Shown: positions 54,356-64,000 of the stretch, one piece after another
Layout of the letters: each line of letters opens with the position of its first letter
Numbering within the stretch: the first letter of the stretch is position 1
DNA from: Eledone cirrhosa
Lineage: Eukaryota
Assembly (NCBI GenBank): GCA_964016885.1
Contig: OZ024756.1
Location: 4,650,001 to 4,714,000 of the forward strand
Direction of reading: 5' to 3'
DNA length: 64,000 bases
Position numbers and translations under genes: made by a program
Notes under the pieces: generated by a model
Database searches by the model: none
What the model was told of the DNA's origin: nothing
Seen by the model: the letters and a program-made list of their open reading frames with translations, nothing else

Positions 54356-54600
54356 CATATACTCATGTATGTATATATATACATACATATACATATGTGT
54401 ATATATATATATATATCTACTCATGTATGTATATATATATATATATATCTATATATACATACATATTTATTATACATAATTTATATAGTAAATATATATA
54501 TTTGCATATATAGATATATATGTGTGTGTGTGTGTGAGAGAGAGAGAGTGTGTGTGTGAGAGAGAGAGAGAGAGAGTGTGTGTGTGTATAATCATATATA
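51650..54600. repeat. Compound microsatellite field: (CT/CA)n, (TA/TG)n, (TTTC)n
   Basis: Directly visible. Confidence 0.95.
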
Positions 54601-54754
54601 TATGATTATGTATGTGTAGGATTGCTACATAGTTTTAACATAATTCCGAAACGTGTGGGAGGGTGAATTGCTTAACACAATAGCGAGAATTAAATCTGAT
54701 TTCAACCCCTCCCCCTGCCATACATCTATATCTATGTATGAATACATAGATATG

Positions 54755-54797
<43 letters not shown>

Positions 54798-54980
54798 AAG
54801 GTTAAATAAGGTTCAATGAATAAATCAAAGAATGAGTTTTACAATAGAAGGGGTATTCAATTTGTTGGAAATTCAACAAAAATAAATGTTTATAACTGAT
54901 TCAGAGCACTCGACAAGTTTTCTGTAGTATAATATACAATGATATTAAATAAATGGAAACTATATTTATAAAACCATATT

Positions 54981-55040
54981 TATTCTATTATATATATTTC
55001 AGGGTACCAACACTTTGGTACGCTTTCATCAGATAAAATA
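54981..55040 (-). ncRNA. Minimal type-I hammerhead
   Basis: TATTTTAT-CTGATGA-AAGCGTACCAA AGTG TTGGTACCCT-GAAA-TATATA-TA^ATAGAATA (8-bp stem I). Confidence 0.8.
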
Positions 55041-55112
55041 CAAAGTTTGTTTTATAAATAGTGACATAACCAAGAAAAGATACCTTAACGGTTCAAGTTT
55101 TTCTTGGATATC

Positions 55113-55161
<49 letters not shown>

Positions 55162-55330
55162 GTATAAGAGATATTTAATTTATTGGAAATCCAACAAATA
55201 TAGATGTTTACAATTGATTCAAAGCACTCGACTGGTTTCTGGAGTAAGTATTCAATTGACTTTCCACGGATAACTTGAACCGGTAAGGTATATCATCCTT
55301 GGTCATGTCAAATATTTATAAAACATTTTG

Positions 55331-55392
55331 TATTTTATCTGATGATAGCGTACCAACATTTTTGGTACCCTTGAAATATATATAATAGAATA
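55331..55392 (+). ncRNA. Minimal type-I hammerhead
   Basis: TATTTTAT-CTGATGA-TAGCGTACCAA CATTT TTGGTACCCTT-GAAA-TATATA-TA^ATAGAATA. Confidence 0.8.
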
Positions 55393-55435
55393 AATATGGT
55401 TTTATAAATATAGTTTCCATTTATTTAATATCAAT

Positions 55436-55469
<34 letters not shown>

Positions 55470-55652
55470 ACTGTTTCTACTTTAGGCACAAGGCCAGCAA
55501 TTACCCAGTTCATTACTGGTACTTTATTTTATCGACTCCGTAAGGATGAAAGGCAAAGTCAACCTCGGCGGGATTTGAACTCAGATCGTAAAGGGACGTA
55601 ACTATGCTGGAATGTATGGCGTCCGACCCTCTACCGATACTGCCAATCCACC
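55470..55652 (-). mobile_element. tRNA-derived SINE, main family
   Basis: Near-consensus copy. Confidence 0.88.
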
Positions 55653-55908
55653 GTTATATATATATAACGAAGGAAATGTGGTAAGGAATCAGATGGACCA
55701 TAACGCACCAGAGTATTCAATACTTAGGGTAGTAGAGTGGGTAATAGGAAAATGTATAACCCCTGGATGGATTACAGGTTATGGTCTTACTGGTTCCTTA
55801 CCACACTTCCTTCGTTATCTAACTCCTATCTCCGTAGTAGAGCACTTTCCGACCCTACCATGCCATATCCCGACTTCTCTACCAAGCTCTAGTTTCATTA
55901 CACCCACC

Positions 55909-56260
55909 ATGCGAAAACACACTATCGACATCTCCACCAAGAACATCCCAGTTCCACCGAGAGAACTTTACCTTCGGATGCTTACGCAAAAAATCGACCT
56001 GTTTGCAAAAAGACAGAGATGGAGAACATTTTTGTACGATAGGTACGGCGACAACCTGGACTTCGACACCAAGGAGAGATTCGGATTCAATACCTACAAA
56101 TCTCCCCCACCGAACCCTATGCTCTCACCCTTCGAGAACGACCTCTTCCACCTGGCCAAGGGAATAACATTCAAACCCAGACACAGCCTATTCCTACAAC
56201 AACTCCGTAGCAAAATAACGGAGTATGAAAGCAGCGACATCCTGGTGCTTTCGGACAAAA
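55909..56260 (+). pseudogene. N-terminal fragment of a second Naiad-type PLE ORF
   Basis: MRKHTIDISTKNIPVPP..KRQRWRTFLYD..FGFNTYKSPPPNPMLSPFENDL..SDK aligns with the N-terminus of the 827-aa ORF (STKNIPIP..RVRWRTFHYD..FGFKTFRSPP..FENDL..ADK). Confidence 0.88.
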
Positions 56261-56401
56261 GGGGTTATACATTTTCCTATATATATATATATATAGTTCC
56301 TCAGTGAAATAACAACCCAACCAGAAACTGGGCATATCAGAGTATTGACAATATTATACACCTAAACAACATATGTACTTGTCGATACCATACTAATTCA
56401 A

Positions 56402-56456
56402 ACTGCCTGAAGAGGTCACAGCCAAAGATGGCTGTCACTGAAATATATATAGCAGT
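56402..56456 (+). ncRNA. Hammerhead of the 9533 family; inverted partial copy at about 56686-56730
   Basis: ACTGC-CTGAAGA-GGTCACAGCC AAAGAT GGCTGTCACT-GAAA-TATATA-TA^GCAGT. Confidence 0.8.
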
Positions 56457-56501
56457 AATAAACGAAGCTAAATTTTAATCATTTGACTTTTTATTTTACT
56501 T

Positions 56502-56541
<40 letters not shown>

Positions 56542-56938
56542 CTTTTAGTATATGTTGGTTGTTTACCGATACCTCAGAATGCAGATTGGAGTACTCGACC
56601 AAGTACGCAGGTTGGTTTGTTTACTCCAGAGTAATGTAAAATAATTAAGTCAAATATGTAAAGTTTGGCTTGTTTATTATAAATTATATTTCGTTGACAG
56701 CCATCATTGGCTGTGACCTCTTCAGGCAGTCCGAATTGGTGTGGGAAAGACAGGTACACATGTTGTTGAAGTGTGTTTTACTCCGTCAATACTCCGCTAT
56801 GTCCAGCTTCTGTTGTGTTGTTATTTCTCTGAGGAACTGGAATCATTATTTTATATATATTATAAAATAAAGTACCAGTAATGCACTGGGTAATTGCTGG
56901 CCTTGTGCCAAAAGTATAAACAATTATTTTATATATAT

Positions 56939-57017
<79 letters not shown>

Positions 57018-57021
<4 letters not shown>

Positions 57022-57802
57022 GATAAGATAACAAGGACGATTGGTTACTCCTTCATTACGTTTATTGGTTGGTGACGCGCGTTTCGCCACTGATCAACTC
57101 AAGGTTCAATCTGACCTGACTCTGTAATCCGCGGCTCGTCAGATCCCTTGTAATGTTAATGGAAGAATGAATACATGCTGTATGATAAAGTCAGAAGTTC
57201 CAATGGTGGTCATTAAAGTTTGTTTTGATTGGTGGATTAGTTCATAGGGATGTTTTTTGCCTGTAGTGTATGTCGGGGCGTGGGGGTCGTGATAAGATGG
57301 CGGTGACGGTCTCAGGCTGAAGTAGGTGGTGGTGTGAGGTGGTGGCTGTCGGTAAATAGATTAGCATGTAGATGTGGCTGATTTCTGTGGTGTGGTGTGG
57401 GTGTGGTGTTGTTGTTTGTGATAGAGATGAAAGGTTGCGGTGTTTATGGTGGTGTGATCAATGTGTTCGTGGTTTCATTTCCATAAAGAGATACATATAT
57501 AGACACACTATGTCTGACAAATACGTTGTATTGATACACATGTGTATATATATAGGAGAGACAGAGGGGATGGCGTTTATACAAATATACTTACACACAG
57601 ACACACACATGCGTTGTTTAAGGAAGGATGATATGTGTTGGTGATGTTGATGGTTGTGTAAGTATGGTGATGTGTCTGGCCGCGGATTACAGAGTCAAGT
57701 CAGATCGATACAGATCGAACCTTGAGCTTGTCCGTGGCGAAACGCGCGCCACCAACCAATAAACGTAATGAAGGAGTAAACAATCGTCCTTCTTATCTTA
57801 TT

Positions 57803-57807
<5 letters not shown>
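57018..57807 (-). mobile_element. PLE pLTR-type remnant with inverted terminal arms in (TA)n; hammerhead at 57071-57146 minus
   Basis: 57018-57135 is the reverse complement of 57680-57807. Minus strand CTGACGA-GCCGCGGAT...ATCAGTGGC-GAAA-CGCGCG-TC^ACC. Confidence 0.72.
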
Positions 57808-57884
<77 letters not shown>

Positions 57885-57942
57885 TATAGAGAGAGCTAGA
57901 CAAAGAGGGCGAGAGGACATCATTTATAATCTGTCAATGTTG

Positions 57943-59377
57943 AGCTTTGCAGCCTCCGTCTTGGACGTGCGGTCCATTCTCCGCCAGGTTCAGGTGATCC
58001 CCAAAGAGGATGTCCTCATCCTCGGGTCACCGATCCACCCGCCGGCCATCCGCTCCACCATCAGGTCCAGGCTTCAACAGCTCCAGACTCTCACGAGCCG
58101 ACTGGGCTTGATTGACGGCCACCCAGCTCTCTTTCTGCTGAGGAACTGCTTCGCCATGCCGAAGCTCCTCTATACACTCCGCAGCGCTCCATGCTACACC
58201 CAGACATCTCTCCTCGCTGACCTCGATACTTGTATCCGAACAGCAGCCGAGGGGATATGCAACGTCAAGTTTGACGACATAGGGTGGCAACAGGCCACTT
58301 TATCGGTCAGGTATGGCGTCCTAGGCCTCCGATCCCCGATCTCACTAGCTTTGCCGGCGTATCTTTCGTCGGTAACCTCGTGCCGCGTCCTCGTCAGCAG
58401 GGTTCTTCAAAACACAACAGAACCCTCTGTGTTCAGAGAACGTGAGGCCGCCTGTGAGACGTGGGACCGGCTGGGACTTGGCCCAGTAGACGTCCCTCCT
58501 CCTTCTCCCCCTGTTGACGTCAAGTCCCCCCAACGCACTTGGGATGCCATCCAGTGCAGCCTGGCCTCAGACAGGCTCACGCGCCAGCTCGACCAGCACC
58601 GCCTTGCTTGTTTTCGTGCGGCCTCCAAACCCCACAGTGGTGCCTGGCTCCATGCTCTGCCCTCCTTCTCCACTGGCACGCAGCTAGACAACCATAGCCT
58701 GCGAATCGGCGTTTCCCTGAGGCTCGGCCTCCGGATCTGCCAGCCACACCAATGTCGCTGCGGTTCGACCGTGGACTCTTTCGGCCTCCACAGTGCCGGC
58801 CGCATTCCACGCCATACTGCCCTCAACGAGGTCATTAAGCATGGCTTGGACGCTGCAGGCTTCCCTTCTCAGCTCGAGCCGGTGGGGCTGGATCGAGGGG
58901 ACGGCAAAAGGCCAGATGGCATGACCATCTTCCCGTTCCGCGGTGGCAAACCCCTCGTCTGGGATGCCACTTGCACCGACACTTTCTGCACCCGCAATCT
59001 GGTGCAGCCTGCGACTGACCCAGGTTCTGCTGCACGTCGAGCTGAGGGGGCCAAACTCCTCAAATACCGGTCGCTCTCCGACAGGTTTGCGGTCGTTCCC
59101 CTCGCAGTGGAAACTTCTGGTGTCCACGGCCCCAGGGCTACCTTCTTACCCACCACCATAGCCGCTGAGCTGGCCAGCCGTAGGTGTGAGCCCCGCGAGT
59201 TGGAGTGGCTTTTCCAGCGCATCTCCCTTGCCGTCCTTCGGGGACACGCCTTCTCCATTCTATCCGCCGGGGCTGTGGATGGGCCCCCTCACGTACCATT
59301 ACATTAGTTAAATACCATTCTTTCATCCCAGTAGAGTTAAATAAACATGTTTGTGGTTAAAAAAAAAATATATATAA
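57943..59377 (+). mobile_element. 5'-truncated CRE-clade non-LTR retrotransposon with poly(A) and 18-bp TSD
   Basis: ORF 57937-59307 has WQQATL..GLR, SGAWLHALP, CRCG..D..GLH, RH, RGDGKRPDG..WDAT, PLAVETSG, QRISLAVLRG (RT C-terminus + RLE). TSD TATAATCTGTCAATGTTG at 57925-57942 and 59378-59395. AATAAA plus A-tail. Confidence 0.93.
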
Positions 59378-59519
59378 TATAATCTGTCAATGTTGTACGT
59401 AGTTGTGATGTCAGCAATTCTGTGACGTCCATTTCAGAGGTTATAATGGCCTTAGAAAATATTTACTCTCTCTCCCCCTCTCTCTCTCTCAGACTCACAC
59501 ACACACACACACACACACA

Positions 59520-59556
<37 letters not shown>

Positions 59557-59590
59557 CCACACATGATCTCTCTCTCTCTCCCCCCCCCCC

Positions 59591-59635
<45 letters not shown>

Positions 59636-59785
59636 TAGAGATACTTATCTTCTTACCTATTTATCTATCTATCTGTCTACCTATTTATTTATATACAGAC
59701 GTTCTGAACACGTGACTTCCACCAAGTATTTTCCCCCTACAGAGATTGACAGTTTCTCCACTTCTCTTCTCGTGTTCAGAACCAG

Positions 59786-59820
<35 letters not shown>

Positions 59821-60079
59821 TGGGGGTGGGGAATACATAGGTCGATAAAAAAAAGTACCAGTCTAGTACTGGGGTCACTTCTTCCTCTATATCTCTATCT
59901 CACTTCCTCTCACTTACTTTCTATTCTTCTTTGGAAGAAATCTGCTGTATTCAAATCTAGGTAGGAATGGGGTCGACCCAGCCTAAAATGGCCCCAGAAA
60001 CGCCATCTCACTACAGCACTCTTACAACTCCAGCAGGAGTTACGTGATGCAAAAGATAAAGTGAAAAAAGTGAGGTTTT

Positions 60080-60490
60080 ACTCTAAATCTTTTGTTCTGT
60101 GTGGGGTTCCTTGTGGGTTTCCCTAGAAATAACTGCAGTCCCACATCGTCTTTTCATCTCAAACAGGGACCAAAGCCCTTTAGTCTTCGTAGCTGCAATG
60201 TTATTGAGGATAAGTTGCCATAAAGTTCAGCTCTGTTTGTATGTCTTCCACATCACGTATTGAGTGCTACGTGTAGGAATATTGTGTAGGGACTGCACAG
60301 ATTTGGAGAATTTTGGTACCATACATTAGAGCAATCTCTGAAGAATCTAATGTTCAGGTCCTGATTTAGATTAGAAGATCTCATATTGTTACCCTCTTGT
60401 TAGACGCCGACTTCAGTTATTCTATTGGCATAAATATCCTTCATTAAGTTTCTTATCCAGGCTCCAAGAAACTTGAAACCTTTCTTCTAA
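60080..60490 (-). mobile_element. Degenerate RTE/RTEX-like LINE fragment
   Basis: Minus-strand remnants FLGAWI.. and ELYGNLSSIT..RRL with stops and frameshifts. Confidence 0.45.
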
Positions 60491-60565
60491 TTTGGTTTGT
60501 GCCTTTTTAAGGTAATGATGTCCGTTTGTCTATAATTTCATTTGTAATACGGGTGAAAATAATTG

Positions 60566-60596
<31 letters not shown>

Positions 60597-60685
60597 GATG
60601 CTGCTGCTGTTGCTACTACTACTACTACTACTACTACTACTAATTGGAAAGTTTCACGACTCAAAGAAATCTTTAAATTAAAGAT

Positions 60686-60754
60686 TTCTATCTGATGAAC
60701 GGATTGAGACGCCTGTTAGGATCGTCTGACTTCATGAAACCTTGGGTAATGGAA
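60686..60754 (+). ncRNA. Type-I hammerhead
   Basis: TTCTAT-CTGATGA-ACGGATTGAGACG..CGTCTGACTTCAT-GAAA-CCTTGGG-TA^ATGGAA. Confidence 0.65.
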
Positions 60755-60782
60755 TAATTATATTGTGTTGTTTATTACATAA

Positions 60783-60814
<32 letters not shown>

Positions 60815-60864
60815 GGAGGGGGAGAAGAAGATAGATAGACAGACAAATAGATAGATAGAAAGAT

Positions 60865-61362
60865 AGATTTCTTTATTTGCCACAAGGGTATTACAAGAAA
60901 TGGGACATTACAAGACGTGACGGCGGGGTTTTTACATAAAAATAATGTAAACTTTAACATCAATAAAATACAATAAAACAATCGAAATCCCCAGTAGTGG
61001 GGAACGTTACTGCGGGGTTGTTTTACACCCCCGTAGATAGAACACCCCTCAACACTAGGAGCACGTTTTGTAGGTGTTCCCGTTTTCCCTCTTTTTGTCT
61101 TCCTCAACCTACAGGTTTATATACAGAGAAGGCCCATTCACTTGGGCCATTGTCGCCACATTTACCCACCTTTCAGCGAATTTACTGGGGTGTAGAACCT
61201 CTCTCTCCACTCTCACCATCCTTCTCAAGTGGTATTTAAAGAAGGGGATGAGTTGTTGTCCGGAGAGGAAGAGGTTTACCCTCATTCCTTTTAACCTCGT
61301 CCACCATATTACCTCTTTCGCCATAGCCACCAGATTGAGGAAAACCGCCTCTCCTTCATTCT
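60865..61362 (-). mobile_element. L1/Tx1-like LINE 3' end
   Basis: AMAKEVIWWTR..FFKYHLRRMVRVER..F.ERW is a Tx1-type ORF2 C-terminus, followed by a 3' UTR and AATAAA. Confidence 0.65.
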
Positions 61363-62708
61363 AGATAGATATAATATACACGATGTTATCCAAGAGAGAG
61401 TTAAAGGCTGATACTGCTTGCAACCAGTGTCGCCACAGCTTATGTTTTCCTGCTAAGTAGACAGAAGGAATGTGAAATAAAGTCTCTTGCTCTACGGCAC
61501 ATCGTACCACCCGGTAGGGGTATCAAACTCACGACGGTAAGATCGTGAGTCGAACAACCTAACCACTACGTCACACACCTCCACTGATGCGATGTTTAAT
61601 TGTGTTAAATAGTATTATTACTTATCAGACATGTGGTAATTACCAGGTTTAGTTAAGGATAATGTTTGTATAAATAGCATGTTTGAAGTTTTTATTGTTG
61701 TATATTGTGATATTTGTTTAATCTAATATGATTTCATCCTCAGAGATCGATGGCCTAATACCAGCCAGTGTTGGCGCTTGGTTCATTTAGCACCCTAGGC
61801 AAGCTCTACAATGTATATCCCCATCTCTTAAATACAATACTCTCGGGTGCCAAATAATAGGTGGATTAGGGGCTGGAATAAGCGGGATGGAGTGGAAAAT
61901 CGGTAATTTTTCTAGGTTGTCTCTGTTGATTATTTAAAAAAAAACAACAGGACAGCTTGTCTAACCCATGCTAGAATGGAAAATGTACATTAAATGGTGA
62001 TGATGATTTATATAAATATATATAATATGACATTCGTTTGATTGATGTGAAGTTAGGTACTCTCGGGTCCCAAATAAGTGGGGAAGTATGTTGGAAGTAT
62101 GTTGGTAATTTTTTTAGATTGTCTCCGTTGATTTTTTTTTAACCAGAATTAGTCGTTTAGTTTACATATTAAGTCCCCCCAACCCATCCTATTTATTTTA
62201 TAATACATGGGATTTCTAGTAATATACTTTGGTTGTCATGTATAATGTTTTTTTAATGTCTAAAGAAAATTATTTGTTACAGGAATGCTACCACTTGAAA
62301 TAAGATTTCGCTGCGGATAGATTAGCAAAAATTAATAAGCGGGGATTTTGAATAAGAGCGTGGGAGATAGTAAAAATTAGAAAAATTAGTAGGTGCACGT
62401 GTGTGTGGAGCGGGGATTATTCGAGACCCGAGGGTACGTCATAAATTTGTCTAAAAATACAAATAAGATTTAAACCGCAATTTAAGTGTTTCCAGTGGGT
62501 TTTTTTGTTTCTGATAATATTTTTATATGCAGAGCCGATACCTGGGTATTTAACGTCTTAGGCTAAATCTACAACATGCACCCGCTTCACAATATTATGC
62601 ACCACCATTTCCCACATAAGATAATTCTAACTTACATTTTGATAAGCTGACAAACCTAGTTTTGTATATATATATATATAATGTATAATAAACAATACAA
62701 TATAATTA

Positions 62709-62776
62709 CCTCATTACAAGAGGTTTCCCAAATAAGACGAATACGAAAAACGTCTTCATTCGTTCGTCGGACAAGG
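62709..62776 (-). ncRNA. Hammerhead with variant core CCGACGA
   Basis: CCTTGT-CCGACGA-A CGAATGAAGACG..CGTCTTATTTG G-GAAA-CCTCTTG-TA^ATGAGG. Confidence 0.6.
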
Positions 62777-63520
62777 CATTTTAAAACATATTGAAATATT
62801 TGAAAAATCTCCTCAAGAAAGGCAAAAGTTTAACGGGCAAAAAAATATATAAATAAAAGTAATGCAAGAGATATATACAAATAAAATAAGGAAATATAGT
62901 TAGGGTATGTGTATAAATGTGTGTATATTCACTCACAAATGTACATATGTGTGTATGTACAAATGCATATGTATAGTGAAAAAATGTGTGCGTAAGAACA
63001 TATCTGAGGGCAAGCATATCAGTGTATATGTGACCACAAATACGTATATAATATATGTTGAAAAAGAAATTGTAAGATAATAGAGTTAACGTACATCCAG
63101 ACTCAGGTACTAAGGATTGACATATATACACATACAAGTATGAAAGCACGCGTATAAAAACACACACGCGCAACCCCATACATGCGAGTGATATATACAA
63201 GGAAGGGAGTGTATCAGTCAAAGCTGTGTCAGGCTGAAGGTCGATTCATGTATAAAAATGAAAAAATGAAAAGATATATGAGAATAAAAAATTAAATCAA
63301 AGAGAAAGTAAGTGGGAGGGGTTATCAATTATAAAGTAACACTAGAAAAAATAGAAAACAAACATAGTTTCGTACATACACATATATATAAAAATATATA
63401 TATAAATACGTACAGCCAAAAGCACATACATGCGTACATACATACAAAGGCGCGCACACATACACACGAAGCACATATATATATACGTACATGTACATCT
63501 AATCACACGCACGCACGCGG

Positions 63521-63557
<37 letters not shown>

Positions 63558-63580
63558 TATACATACACATACATATATGT

Positions 63581-63611
<31 letters not shown>

Positions 63612-64000
63612 CACACATATACATAAGTATGTAAAAAAAGTAGATATAAAAACACACATACACACACACATATATACACACACGCGCACATACGAATGCA
63701 TTCGTATACATATACAAACACGCATACACACACAAGCACGGTCACACGCATAGATACAATATAAAAACCAGCCGTATGAATAAATGAGTACAAATTATAC
63801 GCAAGTAAACACACATAAAGACGGCTGAGAGACAACAGAATATATCTGGAGTTGAAAACTCAAGTGACATGTGATATCAGGTAGTGAAAGAAAATGGGGA
63901 AGTAAAATATGTAAAATTGTGAAGATATAAAGTAAGTGAATCAAAAAGCAGGGGGGGGGGGGGTCACTGGTGGATGTGCAGTAAAAATAAAGTTAAAAAT

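Overview
Eukaryotic, repeat-saturated animal DNA, not prokaryotic. The extreme (TA)n/(CA)n/(GA)n load and tRNA-derived SINE motifs suggest a coleoid cephalopod such as an octopus; this assignment is inference. Most ORFs in the track are artefacts of satellites and microsatellites. Real content: (1) a 9-kb 11-bp satellite with higher-order structure; (2) a full-length Penelope-like retroelement (PLE; RT + GIY-YIG, Naiad-type) at about 15.7-20.9 kb, with direct and inverted pseudo-LTRs (pLTRs) that each carry a hammerhead ribozyme (HHR); (3) a spliced minus-strand cytochrome b5 gene with 4 coding exons (about 140 aa, no C-terminal membrane anchor); (4) a 3-kb 32/34-bp minisatellite grown inside a hAT MITE that itself splits a SINE; (5) CRE, R4/Dong-like, RTE-like, CR1/Jockey-like and L1/Tx1-like LINE pieces plus many SINEs. 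The most striking signal is a hidden layer of more than 20 minimal type-I hammerhead motifs from roughly ten unrelated short non-coding families. Nearly all sit in (TA)n tracts as fold-back palindromes or tandem units. They include a retrozyme-like 524-bp tandem dimer, a recurring non-canonical core variant (U4C with an A.G pair at the base of stem II), and palindromes whose apex falls on the ribozyme stem II loop. All ribozyme calls are by-eye pairings and need covariance-model and in vitro confirmation.
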